Assembly (NCBI RefSeq): GCF_046119375.1
Contig: NW_027362771.1
Span: forward strand, 226,796,001 to 226,860,000
Direction of reading: 5' to 3'
From: Phyllobates terribilis
Lineage: Eukaryota
Length of the DNA: 64,000 bases
The notes under the pieces were generated by a model. That model did not search any database. It saw only the letters and a list, made by a program, of their open reading frames with translations, and was not told the DNA's origin. Below, one piece after another: positions 22,491-37,160 of the stretch (positions are counted from its first letter, which is position 1; each line of letters opens with the position of its first letter). Made by a program: the position numbers and the translations under genes.

Positions 22491-24473
22491 ATTACAATGA
22501 TACTATGGTTTATACAGCTTTTATGTACTGCTTTTGCAATATAAATTACTCTAAAAATATCTTTGGTTTTGTGTTGCAGTATTCTACGATTCTTGTACCT
22601 TTTTTTACTAGTTCTAGACACAGCTTTATATGAGGCCATATTTTTGTGGGATATAGGTAGTTGTATAATTAAATTTGTTAGATTTTTGTGAAAATACGAC
22701 TTTTTTTATTTCATTTTGGAGATAAATAAATAGCAGCCATAAAGGCATTTTTTGGTTCACTGTTTATCATGAGGGTTAATTAACGTGTTCATTTTCTAAT
22801 ATTGGCCATCATATGCAACAATAACAATTATGTTTTTTTTTTATTTTTTAATATTTCATACTATAATATAAAACTTTTTAATAGTGAAAAGCTTTTTTTC
22901 CTTAGTTTTTTTTTATTTATATTTTTGCATTGCAATATATTATACCTATCAGTGGTATGCTAACATGCAACCTTAACCGGTTCCCGACCGCCCACTGTAC
23001 ATAAACGTCCGCGCTGCCTGGGCTCTGTGCAGCGCGGACGTTTAAAAACGGTGGGTGGTCTCGCAGCGCTCAGGACCCCCAGGGTCCTGCAAGCGCTGCG
23101 ATTCCGGTGCAGAGCGTTAGCTCTGACAGGGAACATCATCGGGACCTGATTGGATCAGGTCCCAGTGATGTTAACCCTTTGCTGTCTTCTATATGCTGCG
23201 ATCTATAGTGATCGCGGCATATAGGAGACAGCAGGAGGAGAGGGGGTCGTCTTACTTACCTCTCCGAAGACCTCCGATTCCTTCCAGGACCTGGGGTTGC
23301 TATGGCAGCTGGAGGTCACATGACCGCCTCCAGCTCTGCCATATATGGTGTCCTGTCTGGCTCAGCTGCAGCTGAGCCAGACAGGAGACTCTGACTGAAA
23401 CAGTCAGGGAAGATCTCATGTAATGTAATATATGTCTATTACATTACATGAGATAAAAATTAGTGTCCCATACAGGGACTAAGTAAAAATGTAAAAAAAA
23501 GTAAAAAAAAAAGTTTTTAAACTGTTAAAAAAAAAAATCACAAAATAAATAAAAATAAATAAATAAAATATTAAACCAATAAATCCGTATATTTTTACAA
23601 AACCAAAAAAAGAACACATATTTGGCATCGCCGTGTCCAAAACAACCCGAGCTATAAAATTGTCACACTAATTAACTCCTTCTGTGCACACCGTAATAAA
23701 AATAAATAAAAAAACAGAGCAAAAAAATATGCTTTTTCATCATATCGCCAAACAAAAAGTGGAAAAAAATGCGATCAAAAAGCAAAATAGAAATAAAAAT
23801 GGTACCGCTGAAAACGTCATCTTGTTCTGCAAAAAACAAGCCACCATACAGCTCCATCAGCCGAAAAATAAAAAAGTTATACTGCTCAGAATAAAGCAAT
23901 GCAAAAAAAATATTTTTTTCTAGAAATTTGTTTTATTGTGTAAAAGCGCCAAAACATAAAAAAAAATACAGTAAGTGTAGTATCGCTGTAAATGTACTGA
24001 CCCGAAGAATAACGCTGCCTGATCACTTTTACCACACGCAGAACGGCATAAAAAAAAAACCTCAAAGAACAATTCCTGAATTGTTGGTTTTTGTTAATTT
24101 TACCTCCCAAAAAACGGAATAGAAAGCGATCAAAAAATGTCACGTACCCAAAAATGGTACCAATAAAAATGTCAACTTGTCCCGCAAAAAACAAGCCATC
24201 ATATGACTCTGTCGGCCGAAATATAGAAAAATTATAGCTCTCAAAATATGGTGATGCAAAAACTAGATTTTGCAAAAAAAAGCATCTTTTAGTGTGTGAC
24301 AGCTGTCAATCATAAAAACCCGATATAAATCTGGTATCTCTGTAATCGCACCGACCCGAAGAATAAAGTAATCTCATCACTTATACTGCACGAGGAGCGG
24401 CGTAAAAAATAAATAAAACCAATTCTTCACCTGCTACTGATTTGTTTATTATGTCTCCGAAAGATCGCATTAA

Positions 24474-24860
24474 GGCTCTGCTCACATTTATCCTGCGCTC
24501 TGCGCTGAGCACTTACACCAGAGTTTCCGTGTAAATCTCTGAAATATGTGATTCAGCCAGAACCCATGATGGAAGATTCCCTGTAATGAGGCAGATATAG
24601 GCCACTGTGGACGCCGTCTAGCCTGGGATCCCACGGTGTCATTTGTTTTAGGCGTGCATAAAAGTGCGGTTGGCCACAGTTTTGTGCACTTCTGAAAAAA
24701 AGGACACCGCTAAACAGAGGCCAGACGGAGTCCAGAGTAACTCTGCTGCCTCATTACAGTGAATGGATCCCGCAGGGGTTTCATCTGAATTATATCACTT
24801 GGAAATTTAGATGGAAACCCCGATGTAAGTGCTCAGCCTAGAGCGCCGGATAAATGTTAC
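24474..24860. mobile_element. Palindromic MITE-like segment inside the non-autonomous piggyBac
   Basis: The arm ACATTTATCCTGCGCTCT..GCTGAGCACTTACA is inverted relative to TGTAAGTGCTCAGC..AGAGCGCCGGATAAATGT. Confidence 0.55.
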
Positions 24861-25289
24861 ATAAAATGTTCCCAATAAAAGCTTCAACTCAGTCCTCAAA
24901 AAAAGCTAGTCCCCACTCAGGTCTGTCATCTGTTAAAAATATAAGGGACTTCCAAGTTACTGGTAGCAGAAAGGCTCTGGAAAAGCGAAATGGCCCTTGC
25001 CCCCCAAAAGAAATTCAGAAAATTTTGTGCTCCCAAATCCAAATGCCTATTCTACAATAATTTGTTCTCCAATTGTCAAATTCAGATCTCACCGTATGGC
25101 TGAGCGGTACGATACAGCCACATATGGGGTATTGCCACTTTTAGAAGAAATTGTGTGACACATTTCAGCACCATTTTTACCCATTGCCCTGTGTGAAAAT
25201 GTAAAATCTGAGGGTAAAACATTTTTTTGTGGTAAAGATATAATTATGCTTTTTTCACTGTCCAATGGTATAAATTTAAAAATTAAAAA

Positions 25290-26870
25290 ATACTCACTAC
25301 TTCCTTAGATGAATTCCTTGAGAGGTGTAGTTTACAAAATGGGGTCACTTGTGGGGGTTTCTGCTGTTTCGGCATGTCAGCGACTCTTCAAATGTGACAT
25401 GGTGTCTGCCACCTATCCCAGCCAACATAGCGCTCCTTTCTCTTCCGAACCCTGCCGTACACCAAAGCAGTGGTTTTCCCCCACATATGGGGTATCGGCG
25501 TACTCAGGAGAAATTGCACAACAAATTTCATGGTGCAATTTATCCTATTACCCTTATGATAATGCAAAATTAAGGGATGAAAAACGGTTTTGTGGGAAAA
25601 ATTAGAAAATTTTATTTTTACAGCTCAATATTATAATCTTCTGTGAAGCACCTTGGGGTTCAAGGTGCTCACCACACATCTAGATAAGTTCCCTAAGGGG
25701 TCTAGTTTCCAAAATGGTGTCACTTGTGGGGGGTTTACACTGTTTAGGCACATCAGGGGCTCCCCAAATGCAACATGGCATCCGCTAATTATTCAAACAA
25801 ATTTTACATTCAAAAAGTCAAATGGCGCTCCTTCCCTTTCAAACCGTGCCGTGCGCACAAACAGTGGTTTGCCTCCACATATGGGGTATCAGCGTGTTCA
25901 GGAGAAATTGCAAAACAAATTTCATGGTACAATTTTTCCGATTACCCTTATGATAATGCAAAATTAAGGGATGAAAAACGTTTTTGTGGGAAAAATGTGA
26001 AAATGTTATTTTTACAGCTCAATATTATAAACTTCTGTGAAGCACCTTGGGGTTCAAGGTGCTCACCACACATCTAGATAAGTTCCCTAAGGGGTCTAGT
26101 TTCCAAAATGGTGTCACTTGTAGGGGGTTTCCACTGTTTAGGCACTTCAGAAGCTCTCCAAACGCAACATGGCGTCCGCTAATTATTCAGACAAATTTTA
26201 CATTCAAAAAGTCAAATGGCGCTCCTTCCCTTTCAAACCCTGCCGTGCGCCCAAACAGTGGTTTGTCTCCACATATGGGGTATCAGCGTGTTCAGGAGAA
26301 ATTGCACAACAAATTTCATGGTGCAATTTTTCCTATTACCCTTATGATAATGCAAAATTAAGGGATGAAAAACGTTTTTGTGGGAAAAATGTGAAAATTT
26401 TATTTTTACAGCTCAATATTATAAACTTCTGTGAAGCACCTGGGAGTTCAAGGTGCTCACCACACATCTAGATAAGTTCCCTAAGGGGTCTAGTTTCCAA
26501 AATGGTGTCACTTGTGGGGGGTTTCCACTGTTTAGGCACATCAGGAGCTCTCCAAACGCAACATGGTGTCTGCTAATTATTCAGACAAATTTTATATTCA
26601 AAAAGTCAAATGGCGCTCCTTCCCTTCCGAACCCTTCAGTGCGCCCAAACAGTGGTTTTCCCTCACATATGGGGTATCAGCATGCTCAAGAGAAATTGCA
26701 AAAAATAATTTGGGGTCCATTTTTTCCTGTTACCCCTGTGAAAATAGAAAAAATTGGGTCTAAAGTAACATTTTTGTGAAAAAAGTTAAATGTTAATTTT
26801 TTTCTTCCACATTCCAAAAATTCCTGTGAAGCACCTGAAGGATTAATAAAGTTCTTGAATGTGGTTTTGA
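25290..26870. repeat. About 4 copies of a 394-bp tandem repeat
   Basis: AAGGTGCTCACCACACATCTAGATAAG at 25662, 26056 and 26450. Confidence 0.92.
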
Positions 26871-28010
26871 GCACCTTGAGGGGTGCAGTTTTTAGAATGG
26901 TGTCACTTTTTGGTATTTTCTGTCATAAAGACCCCTCAAAGTGACTTCAAATATGATGTGGTCCCTAAAAAAATGTTTTTGTAAATTTTGTTGGAAAAAT
27001 GAGAAATTGCTGGTCAACTTTTAACCCTTATAGCTCCCTAACAAAAAAAAATTTTGGTTCCAAAATTGTGCTGATGTAAAGTAGATATGTGGGAAATGTT
27101 ATTTATTAACTATTTTGTGTGAGATATCTCTCTGATTTAAGGGCATGAAAATTCAAAGTTAGAAAATTGCAAAATTTTCAAAATTTTTGCCAAATTTCCG
27201 ATTTTTTCACAAATAAACGCAAGTTATATCAAAGAAATTTTACCAGTATCATGAAGTACAATATGTCACGAAAGCACAGTCTCAGAATCAGGGGAATACG
27301 TTGAAGCGTTCCAGAGTAATTACTTCATAAAGTGACAGTGGTCAGAATTGAAAAAATTGGCCCGGTCACGAAGGCAAAAACAGGCTCTGGTGCGAAGTGG
27401 TTAATAAGCAGTACTTAATAAGCTCTATTTCCCTGAGAATAAACATTTTTTTCTATTGCTGTTTGAGTATATTTGGTCATTTCATGAGAACTTTTGAATA
27501 GAGCACGTGATAGCTTAAAATCCATTCTAATTATAGCTATGGAATTTGCATTATGACATCTCCTGACTTTTCTTTGAACTTAGCTTCCAGTTGACTTGTA
27601 TGTTTTAAAAGTGTGGAATGAACTTATTGCATAATAGCACAATAGGCACACCATTTTATTTCATTGGCATGCACACTTTTTCAAGTCAACGGGAAGAACT
27701 CACTAAATTATTATCTGACAACGTGTGGAGCAAAGGTACATGAAATGCTGTTACATACTTGAATTTGTTACCATAGGAACACACACTGTAATTATTACTT
27801 AAGCAATGAACCATTCAAATGAAATTTTTGAGACAATGAATTTCCAAGAGAAGCATATTACATTTAACATACCTAGGAATTATTAAATCAAAATACTAGT
27901 CTAATGGGCTCCGTCATATATAGGAGGTCAATTCCTTCATGAAAGGTAAAATGCATATTTGCATTAATAAATCTTCATTTGATGCCAGCTCAACAATGTT
28001 TTAATTTTAA

Positions 28011-28999
28011 AGCGAAGCTCTCACTTGATTCATGCTGCTCAAACCATGAGCAGCATAAATCAGAGATTGGCTGCACAATTACTTGGTTTCAGAGAAAATA
28101 TAGTTAGAATATCTAGTCAGGGACCATAGCCAGAGATGACACTAGTCTGACACTTCCCCCAACCTGCTTTCCTAAGCACTGCTGCAGGTGATTGACAGAT
28201 CTCTTGCTATGGTTAGGCATCATAGCCAGGGACAAGACCAGTCCGATGTGGCACACAACCAACTTTTTCCAGTGCTGCTGCAGGTGATTGACAGATCTCT
28301 CGCTATGGTTAGGGACTATAGCCAGAGATGAGATTAGTCTGACGCTGCCCCAACCGGCTTTACCCAGTGCTGCTGCAGGTGATTGAAAGATCTCTCTATG
28401 GTCAGGCACCATAGCCAGAGACAAGATTAGTCTGGCGCTACCCCTAACCGGCTTTTCCAAGGGCTGCTGCAGGTGATTGACAGATCTCTCGCTATGGTTA
28501 GGGACCAAAGGCAGAGACAAGACTAATCTGACACTGCCCTCAACTGCCTTTTCCCAGCACTGCTGCAGATGATTGACATATCTCTCGCTATGGTTAGGGA
28601 CCATAGCCAGAGACGAGACTGCCCCCAACTGTTTTTTTCCAAGCACTATTGCAGGTAATTGACAAATTTCTCTCTATGGTTAGGGACCATAGCCATAGAT
28701 TAGACTAGTCTGACGCTGCCCCCAACCGGCTTTTCCAAGCGCTGCTGCTGGTGATTGACAGATGTCTCACTATGAGAGACACCAGACAGTCATCTGGAGC
28801 CGCAGTGGGAAAAGTCATTCAGGGGTGACATCAGACTAGTCTCTTCTCTTCTTATAGTCCATGGCCAGATAATCTAACTGTATTTTAACTTAAATGCTGG
28901 AGCATTTTAGAGATAAATATAACTGGTTACATCCATGCAGCTAGGCTCTAATTCATGCTGCTCGTGATTGGGAAGCATGAATCTAGTGACAGATTCACT
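28011..28999. mobile_element. Degenerate T2/Kolobok-like MITE containing about 7 copies of a ~96-bp tandem repeat (~28115-28775)
   Basis: TTAA at 28007-28010 and imperfect TIRs. GCTGCAGGTGATTGACAGATCTC recurs near 28181, 28277 and 28372. Confidence 0.65.
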
Positions 29000-29854
29000 A
29001 AAAATGAATGATGGTTGATGTAGTTCAATAGTATAATGACAATTTTTGTTTTAGATTTACCAAAGCCATAATAGATTAAATTAATTAATTAGAATAAGAT
29101 AGAGATACATAATCATTTTTTCTAATCCATTTTATGCTCTGATTGTAGATTTTTTATTACATGACTATGGTGACTGCCAAATTATCTGATTTGGAGATAA
29201 ACTGTCCAACTGTACCATGGATCATATCTAGAGTCTATAGAAGTATTTTCTAGACATGCTCTATGATCTGTGCAGAGGTTCAAGGAGGAGTAGGAAGAAG
29301 GGAGCTGTGAAAATCATCTGTTGTGAATGGTGGATCCTTTGTTTTTAATATAAAAGTGTTACTAAATAGTGATACTTATTTTTTTGCCTGAACTTTTGTT
29401 AACAGCTTTTAAAGATATGCTTTATTGCAAGTCAAATTGACAACAGCAATAAATAGTTTGGAACTGACTCACTCATTTTTCTATAGAAGCATTTTCTAGT
29501 CATGCTGTACAAAGGGTCATTGTGCAGAAATAAGAGGGAATGTGTGATTGTCATCTATTGTGAATGATGGATCCTGTGTGATCTATATATACGTCTTATC
29601 TTTGACTGTAATCCTACTTGAGATGATAATGAAACTGCTGAAAAGTGATCTCTACAGAAAACATCAACCTAATATTAAGCATAGTGGCCAATGAACATAG
29701 AAAGTAAAAAAAATATATATATTTTTATGCTTTTAACATAACCTATTGTTAAAATCAATTTTCTATTTTTCTGATGACATATTCCCTTAAGCCTGTTCAG
29801 TATTTAAAGCAGTGATGATTTTAGGTCATGGTAAATATATGGTTTATTCATTTT

Positions 29855-30132
29855 ACTCGCTTATATAACACCATTAATTCCACAGCACTTTAAAGACATC
29901 ATCATCACTGTCTCCATTGGGGCTCACTATCTAAATGATGTCTTTAGAGTGTGAGAGGAAACCCACGCAAACACGGGTAGGACATACAAAAGCTTTGTAA
30001 ATGTTTTCTTGGTGGGATTTGAACTCAGGAGCCCACCACTGCAAGACTACTGTGCTAACCATCAGCCCCCTTTCCACCTTTGAACTCAAGGCCCCAACTC
30101 TCCAAGTGTACAGAGCTAACCACTTAGCCACC
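29855..30132 (-). mobile_element. tRNA-derived V-SINE with a partly duplicated head
   Basis: The minus strand has box A/B-like TGGTTAGCAC and GAGTTCAAATCCC, followed by the V-domain-like CCCGTGTTTGCGTGGGTTTCCTC. Confidence 0.75.
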
Positions 30133-30145
30133 TTGCTTCCTTTAA

Positions 30146-30647
30146 AGGGAACCATGTGAAAAAATAATATTAACCTGCAGATATGGGGTTAATCTGTAGG
30201 TTAATAGCATTCTGAATTTGCCCGATGCCGGCACTTGGACCCCCACAGCCGGGAGGAAATTAACTTTATTATTTTTGGTAGATTCCAGATTTCAGTGACG
30301 GGGGTGGCACTGGCACCGCTCAGTCACTGCTCTGTATAGAGAGCGACAGCTTTAGCCGCGCCCCCTACCCGAATTAACTGACAGCAGCACAGCATTAGGG
30401 CCGGCTGTCAGTCAGTGCCGGAGGCGAGGCTACAGTTGCCACTCTCTATACACAGAACAGTGACTAAACTGGCAACGGCACCACCCCCTTGACTGAAACC
30501 TGAATGCTGCCGTGAGCATGAAGTTCATTTCCTCCCAGTAATGGGGGCCTAAGTCCTGATGTTGGACAGGTTCAGAATGCTATTAACCTGCAGATTAACC
30601 CCATATCCTGCAAGTTAATAGCGTTTTTTTCACATAACAGGTTCCCT
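30146..30647. mobile_element. Kolobok/T2-type MITE
   Basis: TTAA at 30142-30145 and 30648-30651, AGGGAAC...GTTCCCT ends, and long inverted arms. Confidence 0.85.
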
Positions 30648-32432
30648 TTAAGTACAAGTCACAAATTAAAGTTGTCTTTATACAGTATGACCTGAATGCG
30701 GGTCAATTTTAAATTCAATGATGGCCTTAATGATGCACTATGTACCACCAAATTTTAATTTTTGTGTTTACTCACAGTGGCATAACTTGAAGCTTGTGGA
30801 CCCCGATATAAAATCTCCCACAGGGCCCCCAACTATCACTGGTCTGTAATAATGTTGGTCTTTTCAAATAGTCCAAAGGGACAGAAAACCATGTGGGTCC
30901 AGCTACTACTGTAAAGTGATAGATTCCCTTTGATCTGTTTTTGTAAAATACTTTTGGAAGACGTCAGGGTTTAGGGTCCTATTGATATATATTTGGCATA
31001 TGCACCACAAAGTGAATAGAACCTCACTCAAAGCTGCTACAATGTAGAAACTATACTTCAATAGAAGACCTTGTATAGCATGATTTTTATTCTTTACATG
31101 ATTTTTCCTTTAAAATGAAACTGAAACTGTACTTTTAACAAATCTTGCACAAAGCAATTGCTCAAGCTAATAAAAGATATTTAGAAGCATATATTATCAG
31201 AGAAATTTGTTTGTTCCTTCCCCACTTATGAGCCATTTTTCCCATTCATGCCAACTTACCTTGTTATCTACGCTGAAAAAAAGCTTGCTCAGACAAGGTG
31301 GACTGCTACCTCACTGTGGAGAGGGAAAGGGGAGAGCAGTGAGCAGCACAGTGAGAAAATAGACAGAGGGAGACACAGAAAGTTCATGCTCAGCTTTCTA
31401 ACAAGTATTCTATTTCACTGCAGAGCTTAATTCATATCCACACTGCTCAGTACTGCAGTTTATCGTCCTCCATGCTGCTGCTACTTCTTTTTGTTTGCTA
31501 AAAAGTAATGATGAGTAGAAAAAGGAGATTTGATATTTCAAAGTAGACTGCACTGCTGTATAAAGAAAGCAGTTCCAGAGTGAAATAGCAATTTCGTAGT
31601 TTTTATCTTTACGTGTTTCGTGCTCGCACCGAGCTCTTTTTAAAAAACAGACGTTACATCTCCTTTTTCTATTAATCGATATGCAATAGAGGGTTTACCT
31701 TCATTTGCCGATGGGACTGCAGCATCTGTAGTATTCACGGGCAATTATTGGAGTTGTGACAATCACAACCCTTTCAGCTGAGCAACTCCATAACTCTCTT
31801 CTCACCAGTGCATTTCAATATCACCCCCCACACACTTTTTTTTCAAAAAGTAATGATAATCAGGAATCCATCTCTGTGTGCTGAGCTGAATAGGGGACAC
31901 ATCATAGCAGCTATTCTCCTCCCACCTGTTCAGAGTCAATTGTAAATTAAGATGTAGGGCTTGCAGAGGGGAAAACTGGTGAAAATCCAGAATACAAGAC
32001 ATATAGGCGATTAATTATTTGCCTTTTTTTAAAATCACTCTCCTTTTTCATCTTGTGGCATTAGTTGCCCTTTTTGACACCAAATTATTGAAAAATGGCG
32101 CATGTGATTCATGAACTTGGCACAAAGTCAAAAATTATCTTATTTTATGTCTTGAACTGTTTTTGTGACTTTTTGGAGCCAGTATTCGAACATAGCACAA
32201 AATGGTGCAAATATAATGCCAAAATACTGGCATGCTAAAAGAATACACCAGGAAGGGGGTACTGGAGTGGAGTTGCACCAAATTTTGACACCACTTTTTA
32301 AAATGTCACAATTGATGAATCAGGTGAAAACATCTGGAACCTCTAAACTCTACCCACAAAGCAGAAAACTGAAAAAAATTGGCAAGCACATATAAAATAG
32401 ACATAAAAAGGCACAAATAGAATAATGAATTA

Positions 32433-34038
32433 CAGTGGGTACGGAAAGTATTCAGACCCCTTTAAATTTTTCACTCTTTGTTTCATTGTAGCCATTTGGT
32501 AAATTCTAAAAAGTTCATTTTTTTCTCATTAAAGTACACTCTGCACCCCATCTTGACTGAAAAAAGGTAGAAATTTTTGGAAATGTATTCAAAAAGAAAA
32601 ACTGAAATATCACATGGTTATAAGTATTCAGACCCTTTGCTCAGTATTGAGTAGAAGCACCCTTTTGAGCTAGTATAGCCATGAATCTTCTTGGGACTGA
32701 TGCAACAAGTTTTTCACACCTGGATTTGGGAATCCTCTGCCATTCTTCCTTGCAGATCCTCTCCAGTTCCGTCAGGTTGGATGGTGAACGTTGGTGGGCA
32801 GCCATTTTCAGGTCTCTCCAGAGATGCTCAATTGGGTTTAGGTCAGGGCTCTGGCTGGGCCAGTCAAGAATAGTCACAGAGTTGTTCTGAAGCCACTCCT
32901 TTGTTATTTTAGCTGTGTGCTTAAGGTCATTGTCTTGTTGGAAGGTAAACCTTCGGCCAAGTCTGAGGTCCAGAGCACTCTGGAAGAGGTTTTCATCTTA
33001 GATATCTCTGTACTTGGCCGCATTCATGTTTCCTTCAATTGCAACCAGTCGTCCTGTCCCTACAGCTGAAAAACACCCACATAGTGTGATGCTGCCATCA
33101 CCATGTTTCACTGTTGGGATTGTATTGGGCAGGTGATAAGCAGTGCCTCATTTTCTCCATACATACCGCTTAGAATTATCACCAAAAAGTTCTATCTTTG
33201 TCTCATCAGACCAGAGAACATTATTTCTCATAGTCTGGAAGTCCTTCATGTGTTTTTGAGCAAACTCTATGCGGGCTTTCATATGTCTTGCATTGAGGAG
33301 AGGCATCCGTCGGGCCACTCTGCCATAAAGGCCCAACTGTTGGAGGGCTGCAGTGATAGTTAACTTTGTGGAGCTTTCTTCCATCTCCCTACTGCATCTC
33401 TGAAGCTCAGCAACAGTGATCTTGGGGTTCTTCTTTACCTCTCTCACTATGTCTCTTCTCCCATGATTGCTCAGTTTGGCTGGATGGCCAGGTCTAGGAA
33501 GACTTCTGGTGGTCCCAAACTTCTTCCATTTAAGGATTATGGAGGCCACTGTGCTCTTAGGAACCTTGAGTAATGCAGACATTCTTTTATAACATTAGCC
33601 AGATGTGTGCCTTGCCACAATTCTGTTTCTGAGCTCCTTGGGTAGTTCCTTTGAGGTCATGATTCTCATTTGGTCTGACATGCACTGTAAGCTGCATGTG
33701 TGTGTCTTTCCAAATCAAGTCCTATCAGTTTAATTAAACACAGCTGGACTCCAATGAAGGAGTAGAACCATCTCCAGGAGGATCACAAGGAAATGGACAG
33801 CATTAAATATGAGTGTCTGAGCAAAGGGTCTGAATACTTATGACCATGTGATATTTCAGTTTTTCTTTTTTAATAAATTTGCAAAAATTTCTACCTTTCT
33901 GGGTTTTTTCCAGTCAAGATGGGGTGCAGAGTGTACTTTAATTAGAAAAAAAATGAACTTTTTAGAATTTAATAAATGGCTGCAATGAAACAAAGAGTGA
34001 ACAATTTAAAGGGGTCTGAATACTTTCCGTACCCACTG
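32433..34038 (-). mobile_element. Full-length Tc1 element (1.6 kb) with long ITRs and a degenerate transposase
   Basis: TA TSDs at 32431-32432 and 34039-34040. Terminus CAGTGGGTACGGAAAGTATTCAGACCCC occurs at both ends. ORF pieces 33148-33582 (WSDETKIELF) and 32641-32877 (WPSQSPDLNPIEHLW). Confidence 0.95.
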
Positions 34039-34268
34039 TAGGTGAAAGCATATAAAGGCGCAAAACTAGACAAAAAGCAGCCACAAAGGCAATTATGAAT
34101 TTGGGCCTATACAGTGGTTTGTAAAAGTTTGGCCACCCCTGGTTAAAATTACTGTTATTGTGAACAGGTAAGCAAGTTCAAGATGAAATGATCTCTAAAA
34201 GGCCTAAAGTTAAACTGACACAGTTCCTTTGTATTATAGGCAAAAAAATATATATTGTCATATATATA

Positions 34269-35455
34269 CAGGACAGACCAAAAGTTTGGACACACTCATT
34301 TAAAGATTTTTCTGTATTTTCATGACTATGAAAATTGTACATTCACACTGAAGGCATCAAAACTATGAATTAACACATGTGGAATTATATACAGTACGTA
34401 ACAAAAAAAGTGTGAGACAACTGAAAATATGTCTTATATTCTAGGTTCTTCAAAGTAGCCACCTTTTGCTTTGATAACTGCTTTGCACACTCTTGGCATG
34501 CTCTTGATGAGCTTCAAGAGGTAGTCACCGAAAATGGTCTTCCAGCAATCTTGAAGGAGTTCCCAGAGATGCTTAGCACTTGTTGGCCCTTTTGCCTTCA
34601 CTCTGCGGTCCAGCTCACCCCAAGCCATCTCGATTGGGTTCAGATCTGGTGACTGTGGAGGCCAGGTCATCTGGCGTAGCACTCCATCACTCTCCTTCTT
34701 GGTCAAATAGCCCTTACACAGCCTGGAGGTGTGTTTGGGGTCATTGTCCTGTTGAAAAATAAATGATGGTCCAACTAAACGCAAAACGGATGGAATAGCA
34801 TGCCGCTGCAAGATGCTGTGGTAGCCATGCTGGTTCAGTTTGCATTCAATTTTGAAAAAACCTCCTCCTCCATGCTTCACGGTGGGAACCAGGCATGTAG
34901 AGTCCATCCGTTCACCTTTTCAGCGTCGCACAAAGACATGGTGGTTGGAACCAAAGATCTCAAATTTGGACTCATCAGACCAAAGCACAGATTTCCACTG
35001 GTCTAATGTCCATCCCTTGTGTTCTTTAGCCCAAACAAGTCTCTTCTGCTTGTTGCCTGTCCTTAGCAGTGGTTTCCTAGCAGCTATTTTACCATGAAGG
35101 CCTGCTGCACAAAGTCTCCTCTTAACAGTTGTTGTAGAGATGTGCCTGCTGCTAGAACTCTGTGTGGCATTGACCTGGTCTCTAATCTGAGCTGCTGTTA
35201 ACCTGCGATTTCTGAGGCTGGTGACTCAGATAAACTTATCCTCAGAAGCAGAAGTGACTCTTGGTCTTCCTTTCCTGGGGCGGTCCTCATGTGAGCCAGT
35301 TTCTTTGTAGCGCTTGATGGTTTTTGCAACTGCACTTACGGACACTTTCAAAGTTTGCCCAATTTTTCGGACTGACTGACCTTCATTTCTTAAAGTAATG
35401 ATGGCCACTCGTTTTTTTTTACTTATAATTTGTATTATGGCAAGAAAAAAGCATA
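34269..35455 (-). mobile_element. Tc1 element of the same family as 1-569, internally deleted and lacking its left ITR
   Basis: ORF 34434-34907 (QQDNDPKH, WPPQSPDLNPIE, ...GGYFEEPRI*) and ORF 35226-35462. Inserted at a TA run. Confidence 0.9.
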
Positions 35456-35719
35456 TATTCACTGATGCCTTTTTGCCACTTTTTTGACTATTGTCAGGGT
35501 ATGATCCTATACAGGGACAAAGGCATATTTTCTAGCTTTTAATATACTTGTTATGTGTATTGTCAATTTTATATTAAGGATTGCCAAATCTTTTATTTTT
35601 GATAGTAAAAGTTAAGTTTTAAATCCACTATAGTTGCTATATATGATTTTGAACTGTGGACTTGGCAGGAGAGGCAACCCACACATATTGCCTCCCCTTG
35701 AATTTTGCTGTTAATGTTC

Positions 35720-37083
35720 AATAATAATCAGTTCCAATGCTTTCTGGCTGATGTTTTGGTCACTTTTAAATGTTGGTTGTGCTTTCACACTCGTGGTAGC
35801 ATGAGACGGACTCCACAACCCACAGAAGTTGCTCAGGAAGTGCAGCTCATCCAGGATGGCACATCAATGTGAGCTATGGCAAGAAGGTTTGCCGTGTCTG
35901 TCAGCGCAGTAGCCAGAGGCTGGAGGCGCTACCAGGAGACAGGTCAGTACACCAGGAGACTTGGAGGGGGCCATAGGAGGGCAGCAACCAAGCAGCAGGA
36001 CCGTTACCTCTGCCTTTGTACAAGGAGGAACAGGAGGAGCACTGCCAGAGCCCTGCAAAATGACCTCCAGCAGGCCACAAATGTGCATGTGTCTGCACAA
36101 ATGGTTAGAAATCGACTCCATGAGGGTGGTATGAGGGCCCGACGTCCACAGATGGGGGTTGTGCTCACAGCTCAACACTGTGCAGGACGCTTGGCATTTG
36201 CCACAGAACACCAGGATTGGCAAAGTCGCCACTGGCACCCTGTGCTCTTCACAGATGAAAGCAGGTTCACACTGAGCACATGTGACAGACGTGACAGAGT
36301 CTGGAGATGCCATGGAGAGTGATCTGCTGCCTGCAACATCCTTCAGCATGATCTATTTGGTAGTGGGTCAGTAATGGTGTGGGGTGGCATTTCTTTGGAG
36401 GGCGTGTAGCCCTCCATGTGCTCGCCAGAGGTAGCCTGACTGCCATTAGGTACCGAGATGAGATTCTCAGACCCCTTGTGAGACCATATGCTGGTGCGGT
36501 TGGCCCTGGGTTCCTCCTAATACAGGACAATGCCAGACCCCATGTGGCTGGAGTGTGTCAGCAGTTCCTGCAAGATGAAGGCATTGAAGCTATGGACTGG
36601 CCCGCCCGTTCCCCAGACCTGAATCCGATTGAGCACATCTGGGACATCATGTCTCGCTCCATCTACCAACGTCACGCTGCACCACAGACTGTCCAGGAGT
36701 TGGCGGATGCTTTAGTCCAGGTCTGGGAGGAGATCCCACAAGAGACCATCCACAACCTCATCAGGAGCATGCCCAGGCGTTGTAGGGAGGTCATACAGGC
36801 ACGTGGAAACGACACACAATACTGAGCCTCATTTTGACTTGTTTTAAGGACATTACATCAAAGTTGGATCAGCCTGTAGTGTGTTTTTCCACTTTAATTT
36901 TAGGGGTGACTCCAAATCCAGGCCTCCATTGGTTAATAAATTTGATTTCCATTGATGATTTTTGTGTGATTTTGTTGTCAGCGTATTCAACTTTGTACAG
37001 AACAAAGTATTCAATGAGAATATTTCATTCATTCAGATCTAGGATGTGTTATTTGAGTGTTCCCCTTATTTTTTTGAGCAGTG
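35720..37083 (+). mobile_element. Tc1 element with transposase pseudogene at ~35801-36825 and a right TIR
   Basis: ORFs 35876-36322 (VLFTDESRF) and 36379-36825 (QDNARPH, WPARSPDLNPIEHIW). Ends GTGTTCCCCTTATTTTTTTGAGCAGTG followed by TA. Confidence 0.92.
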
Positions 37084-37087
37084 TATA

Positions 37088-37151
<64 letters not shown>

Positions 37152-37160
37152 CATATATAT
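37084..37160. repeat. (TA)n microsatellite
   Basis: Directly visible. Confidence 0.95.

Larger units (their letters stand above)
22977..27400 (+). mobile_element. Non-autonomous piggyBac-like element (4.4 kb)
   Basis: TTAA at 22973-22976 and 27401-27404, CC...GG termini and no transposase. The right ~2 kb is homologous to 2270-4306. Confidence 0.82.

Noticed and set aside
25309-26874. Repeated ~100-aa ORFs
   Set aside because: Products of the 394-bp tandem repeat with no domain signature.
29990-30132. tRNA gene
   Set aside because: Box A/B-like motifs belong to a SINE head followed by a V-domain; there is no complete cloverleaf.
31680-31810. Possible minus-strand exon ending GAAG|GTAAAC
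   Set aside because: All three frames contain stops and no good acceptor was found.
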